Assembly (NCBI GenBank): GCA_038064875.1
Contig: JBBTSC010000001.1
Span: 251,004-315,003 of the forward strand
DNA length: 64,000 bases
Direction of reading: 5' to 3'
Source: Patescibacteria group bacterium
GTDB taxonomy: Bacteria > Patescibacteriota > Saccharimonadia > Saccharimonadales > 2-12-FULL-41-12
A program made the translations under genes and the position numbers. Shown here piece by piece: positions 37,601 through 47,573 of the stretch. Position 1 is the stretch's first letter; the number at the start of each line of letters is the position of its first letter. The notes beneath the pieces were generated by a model. That model did not search any database. It had not been told where the DNA came from and saw only the letters and a list, made by a program, of their open reading frames with translations.

Positions 37601-38308
37601 GCACAACAATATTTCGTGCGCTTCTTGATCCTCGTGATTTAGATAATGTGCATCGCCTGTTATCACAGTCTTTATTTTTAGCTTTTCAGCAATCTCAAAC
37701 GCCTGTTTATTGACAGCAACTTGGTCTTGCCATGCACTTGGGTGATCTGGGTGTCCGTGGTCTTGGATCTCAATATAATATCTGTCGCCAAAAACTTTTT
37801 GATACCACTTTGCAATCTCTGTTGCTTGAGTTTTATTGCCGTTATTGAGTGCGCTAGCAAATTCACCACTTATACAACCAGACAGCACAATAAGCCCTTC
37901 GTTGTACTTTTCTAAAAGTTCACGGTCTATTCTTGGCTTGTAATAAAATCCTTCCAAATTTGCGATAGTGGAAAGTCGCATAAGATTCTTGTAGCCCTGA
38001 TTGTTCATCGCTAGGATTATCAAGTGAAAATACTCTTTGTCATGCGTCGCTTCTTTATCTTTATGAGTACGAGAAGCCATATAAGCCTCAATACCAATGA
38101 TTGGTTTTATACCTTCAGCTTTTGCCTCTTTATAAAACTCAATAGCACCTGATAGAGTGCCATGGTCAGTCATTGCGACTGCCTCCATGCCAGTATCCTT
38201 GACCTTTTGTATCAATGCAGGGACCTTAGTCAACCCATCAAGCAGACTGTACTGAGTATGATTGTGCAAGTGCACAAAATCTGAATTTTTTAGTTTTCCC
38301 TTAGCCAA
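34670..38308 (-). CDS. dnaE: DNA polymerase III subunit alpha
   Basis: 1212 aa with an N-terminal PHP domain (FVHLHNHTQYSLLDG), palm/fingers motifs and a C-terminal OB fold. TTG start with a GAGGG Shine-Dalgarno sequence 7 nt upstream. Confidence 0.97.
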   Translation of the reverse strand: MAKGKLKNSDFVHLHNHTQYSLLDGLTKVPALIQKVKDTGMEAVAMTDHGTLSGAIEFYKEAKAEGIKPIIGIEAYMASRTHKDKEATHDKEYFHLIILAMNNQGYKNLMRLSTIANLEGFYYKPRIDRELLEKYNEGLIVLSGCISGEFASALNNGNKTQATEIAKWYQKVFGDRYYIEIQDHGHPDHPSAWQDQVAVNKQAFEIAEKLKIKTVITGDAHYLNHEDQEAHEILLCVQTASFLSDTNRMSLKDFHLHVAEPSEVIDRWGDEHPESILNTKEIADRCDVSIELGKILIPKFPVPQGQTEKSYLEKLVYGGLAWRFGAVEESKAKKLSNSEAKKLLSEEVLSRTEFELGVIEKMGFSGYMLIIADFVNWGKDQGIVFGPGRGSAAGSIISYALKITDINPLEYGLLFERFLNPDRISMPDIDIDIQDSRRDEVIQYCVNKYGEERVANIVTFGRMAARNAVRDVARVLEVPYAESDRLAKMIPPPVQGRHIPLEKSLVDDAELKREYESNDQTKVVFDLAIKLEGTIRSHGVHAAGVVIAPEDIVKYTPLEMAQKGVVATQYSMGPIEEIGLLKMDFLGLSNLTIIKNTLRIVKKVYDTDVDIGKIPMDDKKTYELLQRGETTGVFQLESAGMRRYLKELKPTVFDDIIAMVALYRPGPLGAGLTDSYIKRKTGVEKISFVHEKMKESLKSTYGVLVYQEQVMQISKDLCGFTGGQADTLRKAIGKKIKSVMVKMEKEFIEGAITTSGIDRKVIEKFWQDLLGFADYCFNKSHAASYGLISYWTAYLKAHYPAAFMASLMTSNYDDADKLAIDIADARSHGIEVLSPDVNESFAEFGVVESGGKEAIRFGLNAVKNVGQSASEEIVRARTEAKFSSLEDFLTRVSSRFVNKKAIESLIKAGALDQFGDRATLYNNVDTIVAFSQKAQKDKESGQIGLFGLDNPSGVASVHTITLDESKQKPSTREQLIWERELLGIFLSSHPLDDYKDFLAEQTISLDQLTHDHNNKSVRIGGSIDSFKEITTKKGQKMVFIELGDVGSSIELIVFPGAYQKTLGIWEKDKVVLVDGKVSGYDQNDQETDLKIIVDDVREVTHTQAVNYQPTGKTLRVPKVGSKIKKPAKSQTSVPEKQPDQRIYIKMKDTSDIDALAKLKKNIDQVPGQTEVVLVVGDGQDRQIIKLPNKVEPEENLIKESQALFGLDNVVYK

Positions 38309-38388
38309 ATTGTACCCTCTAGTTTACTGATTACAGTATATACCAAAGGTACAGTCAATGTCTGTAGTAAAAATTAGAATAAACAATT

Positions 38389-38784
38389 CTATGATTTAAT
38401 AAATTTTGCTAGATTATCTTTAGCTTTTTTGAGATCAGCAACTGCTTTTTTGAGATCTGGATCTTTTACTTCTTTAGACTTGATAGATTTGATAACTTCA
38501 TCCGCCTTAGCTTTAGCCTTCTTTGAATTTGCAATCAATTTCTCTTTTTCTGCGCCAGATTTTACCTTCAATACATCGGCCTTACTCTCAGCTTTGTCTA
38601 TAAGTTTTGATAGCTCCTGTTGCAAATTCTTAAGTTCTTGCTCTGTTGCAACTTTTGCTTTACCTGCATTGGTTTTAATGTCTGCACGAGTTTCTTTTCC
38701 TGATTTCGGTGCAGTGAGAATACCTGCAATATATCCACCCACTCCAATTCCAACTGCTAATATTCCTGCTTTTAATTTTTTCAT
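38389..38784 (-). CDS. YtxH-like membrane-anchored protein
   Basis: N-terminal TM followed by APKSGKETR (YtxH signature), then a Lys/Ala-rich helical region. Confidence 0.68.
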   Translation of the reverse strand: MKKLKAGILAVGIGVGGYIAGILTAPKSGKETRADIKTNAGKAKVATEQELKNLQQELSKLIDKAESKADVLKVKSGAEKEKLIANSKKAKAKADEVIKSIKSKEVKDPDLKKAVADLKKAKDNLAKFIKS

Positions 38785-39026
38785 TTTTGTTTTTCCTTCC
38801 TGAGATTAAATAAAAATTTTACAAATGCTAGTGGTGCTGCAGATTTGGCAAAGTTAGTTGCAAGCTTTTCTGCCTGTTCTGCAACATTTGTTGTTTGTTC
38901 TATTAGCCTTTTAGCTTCTTTTGATATTTTGTATATCAATATTCCAGTTGCAATACCTACGATCAAAAAGATCGCCAGCATTACTGAAAGTATGACTACT
39001 AGTATTTCGAACCATATACTATCCAT
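38781..39026 (-). CDS. Small membrane protein, DUF948-like
   Basis: 81 aa with one N-terminal TM plus a helical tail. It overlaps the YtxH-like gene by 4 bp, a pairing seen in Gram-positive genomes. Confidence 0.5.
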   Translation of the reverse strand: MDSIWFEILVVILSVMLAIFLIVGIATGILIYKISKEAKRLIEQTTNVAEQAEKLATNFAKSAAPLAFVKFLFNLRKEKQK

Positions 39027-39065
39027 TACTTTATTTAAGCATAAATTGTATGATATGCCAAGATG

Positions 39066-40529
39066 CTAAAGAGCTTCAATCTGTTGTTTTATAAGCTTTT
39101 GCGCAAGCGCAGGATTAGCCTGACCCTTTGACTGCTTCATAACTTGACCCACTAAAAAGCCTATAGCTTTCATCTCGCCATTTTTAATATCTTCAACTGC
39201 TTGGTTGTTTGCTTCCAATACGTCAGCCACAATCTTTGATATTGCACCCTCGTCAGAAACTTGGATATATCCTTTTTCTTTAGCATAGTCTTCGATGTTT
39301 TTAGGTAGATCATCCGATTGAATCAGTTCTTCAAATAGCGCTTTTGCGTTCGTTGAACTTAATTTATTTTGCTTTGTTAAGTCATAGATGCTTGACTCGA
39401 GTACTAGATGTTGGTCCTTGCCTAACTTTAACTTATTCTCCCTAACTAATGGCAAGAAAATATTCACATTCCAATTAGCTAGAAATTTTGCTAGGTCTTT
39501 ATCCGATAAATTCTCCTCAATGATTGGCAAAATAGATATCTTATCCCTAAGCTCAAGTTCGGACTGTAACAGGATCTCTATCTGCTGACCATTAAGACCA
39601 AGATCATGAAGCTTATGACGCCAATCATCAGGCATCATCTTTGGCATTTCGGACTGAGCTTTTTTGACAAACTCGTTCGTGAGTTCTAGTGGCGGGATAT
39701 CTGGGTCTGGCATATAGCGATAGTCATGTGCATCTTCCTTGGAACGTTGTGTGGTTGTCTTTTGCTTGGCATCATCCCAGCCTCGTGTTTCTTGAACTAC
39801 TTCCTTGCCCTTTTCTAGCAACTCAGTTTGTCGTTTGATTTCATATTCTACTGCTTTTTCTACCGACTTAAAGCTATTGAGGTTTTTGGTTTCGGTTCTG
39901 TTGCCAAGTTTTTTAGGATCACTACTGATACTGACGTTGACGTCAAAGCGCATATTGCCATGGTACAGGTCACCTTCAGTTACATCTGCATACTTCATCA
40001 ATAGATATAGCTCAGTCGCATATGCCTTTGCTTCTTCAGGAGTATGCATCTCTGGCTCACTAACGATCTCTAGCAGAGGTGTGCCTGCTCGATTAAGATC
40101 GACCAAGCTATAGCTACTACCTTCTGGGTGAGTATTTTTTCCGGCATCTTCCTCTAAGTGCGCCCGGGTAATCTTAATCTTTTTTGACTTACCATCTGCT
40201 TTTATATTCACTTCTCCGCCTAAAATTATCGGGTGATAAAGCTGAGATATTTGATAGCCCTTTGGCAAATCAGGATAAAAATAATGTTTACGATCAAATT
40301 TGCTGAATTTTTGTGGCTCTACATTGAGAGCAAAGGCAGCCCTGCAGGCAAGGTCTATGGCTTGTTCGTTAAGATACGGCAAAGCCCCCGGCATGCCTAG
40401 ACAAATGTGACTAATCAACGTATTTGGCTCTGCCCCGCGCGCATCGTTACCCACACTGGCAAAAAGTTTTGTCTTTGTCTTCAGCTGAACATGACATTCA
40501 ATACCAATAGTTGGTATGTATTTGGTCAT
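39066..40529 (-). CDS. gatB: Asp/Glu-tRNA amidotransferase subunit B
   Basis: IGIECHVQL N-terminus, conserved cradle domain and YqeY-like tail. Confidence 0.96.
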   Translation of the reverse strand: MTKYIPTIGIECHVQLKTKTKLFASVGNDARGAEPNTLISHICLGMPGALPYLNEQAIDLACRAAFALNVEPQKFSKFDRKHYFYPDLPKGYQISQLYHPIILGGEVNIKADGKSKKIKITRAHLEEDAGKNTHPEGSSYSLVDLNRAGTPLLEIVSEPEMHTPEEAKAYATELYLLMKYADVTEGDLYHGNMRFDVNVSISSDPKKLGNRTETKNLNSFKSVEKAVEYEIKRQTELLEKGKEVVQETRGWDDAKQKTTTQRSKEDAHDYRYMPDPDIPPLELTNEFVKKAQSEMPKMMPDDWRHKLHDLGLNGQQIEILLQSELELRDKISILPIIEENLSDKDLAKFLANWNVNIFLPLVRENKLKLGKDQHLVLESSIYDLTKQNKLSSTNAKALFEELIQSDDLPKNIEDYAKEKGYIQVSDEGAISKIVADVLEANNQAVEDIKNGEMKAIGFLVGQVMKQSKGQANPALAQKLIKQQIEAL

Positions 40530-40958
40530 TTACTCTAGCTCTCCTAAATCCTTTAGTGCCTTTTTCAAGGAGATGATCGCCTTTCTGGCTTGCTCAGGTT
40601 TCAGCTTTAACTCAGGATTCTCTCGTACTTTCTGAGAAAGTTTGTGGGCGAACCACAACGATTCGTTGTCACCAAATTTTGCTTGCATATCTACAAGATT
40701 CTCTCCAGTTTTTTTACTAGCTGATCCATGTTTCTGGCAAGCAAGCCCTAGTATCTCATCTGCGACAATTATCGCTTCGTTCCACTTGGTCTTGTCTTTT
40801 ACCATTTTCTCGACCTCTCGCCACTTGTCGGATATGGTTGAAGTGTGCGTCTTTTTTCTAAATAAAAACTTCTTTACCAAAAAAGCTATTACTATCGACA
40901 AGACTAGACAACCGACTACCAACCCCGCAATTAACTCAAATGACAAATTAAATATCAT
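40530..40958 (-). CDS. Hypothetical single-pass membrane protein embedded in the gatCAB operon
   Basis: 142 aa with an N-terminal TM (LIAGLVVGCLVLSIVIAFLV) and a helical cytoplasmic part. Its start overlaps the gatA stop by 4 bp and its stop abuts the gatB ATG. Confidence 0.6.
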   Translation of the reverse strand: MIFNLSFELIAGLVVGCLVLSIVIAFLVKKFLFRKKTHTSTISDKWREVEKMVKDKTKWNEAIIVADEILGLACQKHGSASKKTGENLVDMQAKFGDNESLWFAHKLSQKVRENPELKLKPEQARKAIISLKKALKDLGELE

Positions 40959-42379
40959 ATTATGTCCTCTACTTTCTGTGCTATTGATAGCAAAAATTTA
41001 TCTTTGTTCTGTGGCGCCATCAATTGTACCCCACTTGGCAGGTTATCTACTAGCCCTGCAGGTATAGTAATAGCTGGAATACCCGCCAAATTAGCAGATA
41101 CTGTCATAATATCTGTCAAATACATCTTCAGTGGATCATCGATATTTTCGCCAATCTTAAAAGCATTCATGGGCGCAGTTGGACCAATCAAAATATCAAA
41201 TCTATCAAAAGCATCCTCAAATTCCTGAATTATCTTTGTTCTAACCAGCTGAGCCTTTTGATAATATGCGTCATAGTAGCCACTACTCAGCACATAGGTA
41301 CCGACCATAATTCGTCTTTTTGCTTCACTACCAAAGCCTTTACCTCGACTTTTTGTGTACGACTCATCCAGATCATTTGCTTCTTTGTTGCTGTAGCCGT
41401 ATCTTTGGCCATCGTATCGGCTTAGATTGCTACTAACCTCGGCTGGACACAATACGTAATAGACAGCGAGGCCGGTCTTTGAAGAAGGCAAGCTAACCTC
41501 TTCGATTGTAGCTCCTGATTTTTTTATTTGGCCAATAACTCTCTCTATGTTTTTCCGAATAGCTGGGTCTAAGCCTTCGTCAAAATACTCTTTAACAACT
41601 CCTACTCTCAAACCTTTTAAATCTACAGAATCTAAATGGTCATAGTTTTTTTCAGCTCTATCTATTAGGGTAGAGTCTAGCCCGTCTTTACCGGAAATTA
41701 CCTCAAGTACAATACCTGCATCTTCTACCGTCTGAGTTAAAGGGCCAATCACGTCGAGACTACTCCCCATAGCAACGACTCCACTACGTGAGACTATTCC
41801 ATACGTTGGTTTGTATCCAACAACACCACAAAAACTAGCCGGAAGCCTAATAGACCCTCCCGTGTCAGTGCCTAGCGCAAAAGGCGCGAGTTGGAGCGCA
41901 ACAGCAGCTGCAGATCCCCCAGAACTTCCTCCCGGAACACGAGACTTATCTACAGGGTTAATTGTCGTGAAAAAGTCACTGTTCTCTGTGCTTGAACCAT
42001 GAGCAAAGGCATCTAGGTTAGCCTTGGCCACGCATATTGCCCCCGCCTCTTCTAGCTTCTTTATAGCGGTTGCTTGATACGGCGCGTCAAATCCTTTCAA
42101 GATATTACTCGCTGCAGTTGTGTCAGCGCCAAAAACCAAAAAGTTATCTTTAGCTACAAAAGGTACTCCCGCTAGTTCACCAACAGATTCTCCTTTGGCT
42201 ATTTTCTGATCAATTTCCTTGGCCCTTTTTAAGGCCCTCTCACTTGTCGTGGCTATAATTGCTTTAAATTCTTCGTGCTCAGAGATTAACTTGAGAGATT
42301 TTTCTACATTAGATAAAGCCGTGGTTTTTCCTGAGACCACGTCTGAAGCTTCTTGCTTGATTGATTTCCATGCACCCAT
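40955..42379 (-). CDS. gatA: Asp/Glu-tRNA amidotransferase subunit A
   Basis: Amidase signature GGSSGGSAAAV with the Ser-cisSer-Lys context. Confidence 0.96.
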   Translation of the reverse strand: MGAWKSIKQEASDVVSGKTTALSNVEKSLKLISEHEEFKAIIATTSERALKRAKEIDQKIAKGESVGELAGVPFVAKDNFLVFGADTTAASNILKGFDAPYQATAIKKLEEAGAICVAKANLDAFAHGSSTENSDFFTTINPVDKSRVPGGSSGGSAAAVALQLAPFALGTDTGGSIRLPASFCGVVGYKPTYGIVSRSGVVAMGSSLDVIGPLTQTVEDAGIVLEVISGKDGLDSTLIDRAEKNYDHLDSVDLKGLRVGVVKEYFDEGLDPAIRKNIERVIGQIKKSGATIEEVSLPSSKTGLAVYYVLCPAEVSSNLSRYDGQRYGYSNKEANDLDESYTKSRGKGFGSEAKRRIMVGTYVLSSGYYDAYYQKAQLVRTKIIQEFEDAFDRFDILIGPTAPMNAFKIGENIDDPLKMYLTDIMTVSANLAGIPAITIPAGLVDNLPSGVQLMAPQNKDKFLLSIAQKVEDII

Positions 42380-42380
42380 T

Positions 42381-42671
42381 TTAGAGAACCCTCTTAACCT
42401 TTATCTGATTTTTCTCTTGGGCTGGAGCATTTCTAAGCAAGTCTTTAGGGGTAACGCCGTAGTCTACTTCTTCGTCAGGTCTCATAATATTTTTAAGTCC
42501 AGTAACTTGCTGTGTAGGCTCAAGACCTGCTACATCTACATCACCAAGCATCTCTACATAACCAATAATTTCTTCCAGCTCATGGACAAAAGTGTCGATC
42601 TGGCTCTCGTCAATATATATGTTCGATAGCTTCGCGAGCCGAAGCACATCATCCTTAGAAATCTTACTCAT
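42381..42671 (-). CDS. gatC: Asp/Glu-tRNA amidotransferase subunit C
   Basis: 96 aa with the typical GatC pattern (V..LA.L..I...E......L..I..YV..L) directly upstream of gatA. Confidence 0.9.
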   Translation of the reverse strand: MSKISKDDVLRLAKLSNIYIDESQIDTFVHELEEIIGYVEMLGDVDVAGLEPTQQVTGLKNIMRPDEEVDYGVTPKDLLRNAPAQEKNQIKVKRVL

Positions 42672-42710
42672 CTGACATTATTATATCTGAATTTTTGCAC
42701 AAAGAATAGA

Positions 42711-44681
42711 TTACTTGCTAATTAATTTTTTGATTTCCTGGATCTGATCACGAAGCTCGGCTGCTTTTTCGAACTCTAGATTAGCACTAGCCAAATCCAT
42801 CTGGCGCGACAAATCACGAACTAAGTGTTTGTATTCATCTTTTGGAATTTTCTTCAGATCAAGCTTTGACTTTTGAGAATCTGGATAATCTGGGCGCATG
42901 CCTTTTTCGATAGCTTTAGCGATGGTGGCTGGAGTGACATTGTGTTTTTTGTTATAAGCCTCTTGGACTGCTCGTCGTCTATTTGTCTCGTCAATCGCAC
43001 GAGTCATGCTACCAGTCATATTGTCAGCATACATAATTACTCGGCCATCTTGATGTCTGGCTGCTCGTCCGATGGTTTGTATCAGTGCTGTATCACTCCG
43101 AAGGAACCCTTCTTTATCAGCATCCAAGATTGCCACTAAATTAACTTCTGGTAGATCAAGCCCCTCTCTAAGCAAGTTAATCCCGACCAAAACGTCGTAA
43201 ACTCCCATCCTCAGATCTCGTAGTATATCGCTTCGGTCAAGTGTATCGACATCGCTATGGAGATAAGCTACTTTAATACCGATCTCTTCTAGATGTTCGC
43301 TTAAATCCTCGGCCATTCTTTTTGTTAGGGTAGTTACCAAAACTCGATGGCCTCCTTCTATAGTAATTCTAATCTCAGATATGAGATCTTCCACTTGTTT
43401 GCCAACTGGGCGCACTTCTATAGCTGGGTCAAGGAGACCTGTTGGCCGGATAATTTGCTGGACTGGCTCTGGGGAACGTTCAAGCTCATAGTCAGCCGGT
43501 GTTGCACTGACATACACAACATTATTGATATGTTTTTCAAACTCTTCAAATTTCAAAGGCCTATTATCAAGAGCGCTTGGTAATCGAAATCCATGTTCTA
43601 CTAGGGTCTCTTTGCGTGCTCGATCGCCGTTATACATACCACGGACCTGGGGCAAGCTCATATGAGATTCGTCGACAAACATTAAGTAATCATCGGGATA
43701 ATAGTCGAGTAATGTGGCGGGCTGATCTCCCTCTTCGCGATCTGTAAGATATCTACTATAATTCTCAATTCCTTTGACGAACCCTGTTTGTTCCATCATC
43801 TCAATATCAAAGTTTGTTCGTTGCTCGATCCTTTGAGCTTCAAGAAGCTTTTGATGCTTATTGAAATACTTAAGTCTTCCGTCAAGCTCGTCCTTTATCT
43901 TCTTGATAGCTACCTTGAGCTTTTCATTTGGTGTGACGTAGTGACTCCCAGGAAAAATCTTTATCACCTTCTCGTTGGACAGAATTTCTCCTGTCAGTGG
44001 ATCAATCTTAGTAATACGATCTACTTCATCACCAAAAAACTCAACGCGGTAGGCTATCTCTTCACTTGCTGGAAAAATATCCACGACGTCCCCCCGTGCC
44101 CGGAATGTTGCACGGTGGAAATCAATATCATTTCGCTGATACTGAATATCGGTTAAATGACGAAGTAGCTTATCTCTTTTTCTCTGCTCGCCCACTTTTA
44201 TGGTAACCGATAGGTCCCCATAATCCTGGACTGAACCAATTCCATAAATACAGCTAACGCTAGCGACGATCAACACATCTTTTCTCGATAACAATGATGC
44301 TGTAGCAGAGTGACGCAGACGATCAATCTCTTCATTTATCTGACTGTCTTTTTCAATGTATGTATCACTCCTAGCGATGTAAGCTTCCGGCTGGTAGTAA
44401 TCAAAATAACTAACGAAATAATGAACCGCGTTGTCAGGGAAAAAATTCTTAAATTCATTATATAGTTGGGCTGCCAGGGTTTTGTTGTGTACGAGCACAA
44501 GTGTTGGTTTTTGGATTTGCTCGACAACATTAGCCATAGTAAAAGTTTTACCAGTACCAGTAGCTCCTAGAAGTGTCTGTTGGCTTACGCCGTTTTTAAT
44601 ATTCTTTACCAGATCAGCAATAGCCTGTGGCTGGTCGCCACCGGGCTTAAAATCACTTTTGAGAACAAATTTAGCCATCAT
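42711..44681 (-). CDS. uvrB: Excinuclease ABC subunit B
   Basis: Walker [11 protein letters not shown], helicase motifs, beta-hairpin region and C-terminal UVR domain ([11 protein letters not shown]). Tandem ATGs at 44681 and 44678. Confidence 0.97.
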   Translation of the reverse strand: MMAKFVLKSDFKPGGDQPQAIADLVKNIKNGVSQQTLLGATGTGKTFTMANVVEQIQKPTLVLVHNKTLAAQLYNEFKNFFPDNAVHYFVSYFDYYQPEAYIARSDTYIEKDSQINEEIDRLRHSATASLLSRKDVLIVASVSCIYGIGSVQDYGDLSVTIKVGEQRKRDKLLRHLTDIQYQRNDIDFHRATFRARGDVVDIFPASEEIAYRVEFFGDEVDRITKIDPLTGEILSNEKVIKIFPGSHYVTPNEKLKVAIKKIKDELDGRLKYFNKHQKLLEAQRIEQRTNFDIEMMEQTGFVKGIENYSRYLTDREEGDQPATLLDYYPDDYLMFVDESHMSLPQVRGMYNGDRARKETLVEHGFRLPSALDNRPLKFEEFEKHINNVVYVSATPADYELERSPEPVQQIIRPTGLLDPAIEVRPVGKQVEDLISEIRITIEGGHRVLVTTLTKRMAEDLSEHLEEIGIKVAYLHSDVDTLDRSDILRDLRMGVYDVLVGINLLREGLDLPEVNLVAILDADKEGFLRSDTALIQTIGRAARHQDGRVIMYADNMTGSMTRAIDETNRRRAVQEAYNKKHNVTPATIAKAIEKGMRPDYPDSQKSKLDLKKIPKDEYKHLVRDLSRQMDLASANLEFEKAAELRDQIQEIKKLISK

Positions 44682-44788
44682 TTAATTGTATCATTATGTA
44701 AGATAATAGGTCGTTGGGATTAATTACTTGATCATTAATTCTAGCAAACATTGGAAAGGGAGGATCACGAGTCCGTAAGTGCGAGTCT

Positions 44789-44824
44789 AAGGAGGTGAAA
44801 AACCTTTCTGGGTTTTCCCTCCTT
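44789..44824 (-). terminator. Strong hairpin 4 nt after the LOG-like gene stop (possible terminator, no clear T-run)
   Basis: Minus strand reads AAGGAGG-GAAAACC-CAGAAA-GGTTTTT-CA-CCTCCTT, about 14 bp with one bulge. It is followed by AGACTCG rather than a U tract. Confidence 0.4.
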
Positions 44825-44828
44825 AAGT

Positions 44829-45404
44829 TTATGTATAAATTTTTAAATATTTTTTGTTGCGCTTGTCGAGTATAGCTATCAGTTGGACAATCAAATCAGC
44901 TGGATCTTCACTAAAGACAACATTGTCTGCCTTTGACTCGCCAGCGACCCGCAGTAAATCCATGATCTCATTACTAATCCCTCCTGCGCCTTGTAGGAAG
45001 CCAATTGGCGTATCTGTCTCCATCGCTATAGTGAATTCATGAAGTGTACCTAGCCTGCCACCAATACTGACAACCGCATCACTCGAGTTGATCAAAAGAG
45101 AGTCGCGACCAACATAGTGAAGGCCAGTATACAAAATAGTGTCATAACTTTGGGTAGGCAGTCTGTACTTAACAACATGTTCAATCTTACTGGCTGCAGG
45201 GCTGATACCCACGCTCATTTTCCCACCATGTTTTTTGTAGCCTTCAGCTGCAAAATTTGGCAGACCAATCGTGGCACCTGTCATCAAGACTTGATTAGCC
45301 TTCGCCAGAGCTGTTCCGGCCTGAATTGCTAAATGTCTGCCCTCTTCCACACTGGCGCCTTTTGCTGCTCCTGATATACATATCTGATAGATCGAAGTAT
45401 TCAC
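44829..45404 (-). CDS. LOG/TIGR00725-like Rossmann-fold protein (lysine-decarboxylase-like family)
   Basis: 191 aa with an N-terminal ICISGAAKG nucleotide-binding-like loop and IGGRLGTLHEF, which resembles the LOG PGGxGTxxE motif. Confidence 0.72.
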   Translation of the reverse strand: MNTSIYQICISGAAKGASVEEGRHLAIQAGTALAKANQVLMTGATIGLPNFAAEGYKKHGGKMSVGISPAASKIEHVVKYRLPTQSYDTILYTGLHYVGRDSLLINSSDAVVSIGGRLGTLHEFTIAMETDTPIGFLQGAGGISNEIMDLLRVAGESKADNVVFSEDPADLIVQLIAILDKRNKKYLKIYT

Positions 45405-46543
45405 AAACGCACCCCACCCTTCAGGTATTCATATGACAATCTATCCCAGATTTCTTGCTGTGCAGTATGTATGTACCTCTGTGCAAATTCAAAATTGTTG
45501 CTGGAATTCGTTACAACATCAAGTAGATTTAGAGAAACTAATTCTTTGTCGCCAAATACCACTTGATCAAATTTATGCCAAGGTACATTAAATTCAAAAT
45601 ACTCTTTTAAGATGTCAGCGGGTCTATCTATTTTCTCGTCGATTATCAATGGGTCATCAATACTTGTTTTTGCCATCTCGCGGTAAATAGATGGCCACTG
45701 CATAGATAATTCGTCTGTGGTACCATCTCTGATACCAGAAAACACAGCTCTTGAAAATTTTTTGCCAAAATCTTTACCAAAACTCAAATAATTAAAATAG
45801 CTACCGCACAAACGGAGTTGATATACTCCATCTAAGATCGCAGTTAAGTAAGTGATAGAGTCGTTTTTAAATCGCCTCTTAGCAGGAATAAGGGACAAAT
45901 CCCCTACTTCTGAAGTTTGTCTAACTAGATAACTACCTTCAATCTTTGCATGCTTCATCCTCTCTCTAGATTTTAGGGGTACAAGTGATATGTGAATATC
46001 CTGAATATGGAAATCGCTACCGACTAGATTGGAGCAAAACCTGGCGTATTCTTTTTGCCATTCTGTACTTTCTAACTCTTTAGCAACCGAGATGATAAGC
46101 CCATCAGATTCACGTTTCAAAAGTGAATCGACTGATCTATATCCTAGAATTTTCATAATTTTTTTTGGCGGTTGCTTTTTTATATACCCTTTAATCTTTG
46201 CCGGCTTCATGAAATAGCTTTCCCCAACTACTCGTTTGGTCTTTAGGAAAGATAATATTTTTCTTATTACTTCATCTGGAGTGGATTCACTACTAACTCC
46301 AAGAGACTTTTCGATGATAGTATTTTCTTTATCTAAAAGATGATTAAGAGCGTGATAAACTTCCTTCGAAGACGCGTCTTCTGCAAGACCTAAGTAAGCC
46401 AATATTTCTTTAGAGCTGTTTTTAATTTGGTGTGTTAAGCGTATATCAATAGATTTCCTACCCGACTTAACTTCCCAATCATTTATATGGTGACGGAAGT
46501 CTACCTCAGGTGCCTCAAAAAGTTGTATGAGAAATTTGGTCAT
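45401..46543 (-). CDS. Hypothetical protein (380 aa)
   Basis: Long ORF whose stop overlaps the LOG-like start by 4 bp. It lies 25 nt downstream of the PfkB kinase. No motif I can assign. Confidence 0.6.
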   Translation of the reverse strand: MTKFLIQLFEAPEVDFRHHINDWEVKSGRKSIDIRLTHQIKNSSKEILAYLGLAEDASSKEVYHALNHLLDKENTIIEKSLGVSSESTPDEVIRKILSFLKTKRVVGESYFMKPAKIKGYIKKQPPKKIMKILGYRSVDSLLKRESDGLIISVAKELESTEWQKEYARFCSNLVGSDFHIQDIHISLVPLKSRERMKHAKIEGSYLVRQTSEVGDLSLIPAKRRFKNDSITYLTAILDGVYQLRLCGSYFNYLSFGKDFGKKFSRAVFSGIRDGTTDELSMQWPSIYREMAKTSIDDPLIIDEKIDRPADILKEYFEFNVPWHKFDQVVFGDKELVSLNLLDVVTNSSNNFEFAQRYIHTAQQEIWDRLSYEYLKGGVRL

Positions 46544-46568
46544 TAATTTTCATTTCTTCTTTAGTAAC

Positions 46569-47573
46569 TTATATTTTTGTTGGGTGGTAGGATGATGGAG
46601 CTTTTTTGAGTAGTTCTGCGAGCTCGTGCTCTGTTAGCAAGCCTTCTTGAGCACCTACGTGCTGAACTACATTCATAGAACTTATTGGTGCCCACTGCAG
46701 AGCGCCATCAATAGTATTGCCTCTGATTATTGAAGCAACGAAAGTAGAGGTGAAAGCATCACCTGCCCCTGTTCTCTCAACTGGCGGGGCTGGGTCTGGG
46801 TAGAGAGGCATGCTGTATCTATTGGTGCCATCACTGGCATAGCTACCGTTTGGCCCATCGCTAATAACAACAATCTTGGGCCCGAGAGCATGGAGTCTAT
46901 CAAATAAATCGTTGAGATTATCATAGCTACCACCTGTAACAAAAACTGCCTCCTCACGGTTAAGAGCAACTAGTTCTGCTCGTGCATACACACGTTTCAT
47001 CCGCTCAACACCCACTTCCATCTGAAAAGTACCTGGCTGAAAAGCCAATTTAATCTCTGGGTGTCTCTCCAACGACTCAATCATTTCATCATGATATTCA
47101 AGCGCGTGCTTTGAGATAGAACTAAAGTATATCCACTTTGGCATTTCATGTTTTCGAAGGTGTGGCCAGTGATAATCATAATCTTCATGCTTGATTAAGA
47201 TAGTCCTCTCGTCTTTGTACCACAGCACGTAATGATAATTACTCTTCTTGCCTGGATTTAGTGTTACAAACCTAGTGTCTACGCCTTCTTTTTTTAGATG
47301 GCTAATGATCCCCCGGCCTTCTCTGTCATCACCAACATTTGATACTAGGCCTACATTAAAGCCAAGTCGAGCAAAGTTCACAGCAGCGTTCGGAGCATTA
47401 CCTACAGCCTCTAGCACCTCGACATGATCGTAAGGTATCTTTGTGCCAAAATCCATTGCCAGCTTCTTGCCACTACCTTCTTGATCTAGAACTTCGGCAC
47501 GATCATCCAACAACTTTATAAAAGCATCTGTGACAACATCTCCGACACATAGCACCTCAATCTGTTGACTCAA
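46569..47573 (-). CDS. PfkB-family carbohydrate/nucleoside kinase
   Basis: N-terminal GDVVTD and C-terminal TGAGDAF anion-hole motif. The AGGAGG at 47585-47580 favours TTG 47573 over the track GTG 47579. Confidence 0.85.
   Translation of the reverse strand: MSQQIEVLCVGDVVTDAFIKLLDDRAEVLDQEGSGKKLAMDFGTKIPYDHVEVLEAVGNAPNAAVNFARLGFNVGLVSNVGDDREGRGIISHLKKEGVDTRFVTLNPGKKSNYHYVLWYKDERTILIKHEDYDYHWPHLRKHEMPKWIYFSSISKHALEYHDEMIESLERHPEIKLAFQPGTFQMEVGVERMKRVYARAELVALNREEAVFVTGGSYDNLNDLFDRLHALGPKIVVISDGPNGSYASDGTNRYSMPLYPDPAPPVERTGAGDAFTSTFVASIIRGNTIDGALQWAPISSMNVVQHVGAQEGLLTEHELAELLKKAPSSYHPTKI

Noticed and set aside
44755-44826. Possible riboswitch or sRNA in the 147-nt gap upstream of uvrB (SD-like AAGGAGG and anti-SD-like CCTCC repeats).
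   Set aside because: The predicted uvrB promoter (TGATACAAT at 44693-44685) is downstream of the structure, so it would not be in the uvrB mRNA. The main hairpin starts 4 nt after the LOG-like stop and is most simply a 3'-end stabiliser or terminator. The distal CCTCCC cannot pair with the 5' GGAGGG arm. I recognise no known riboswitch core.
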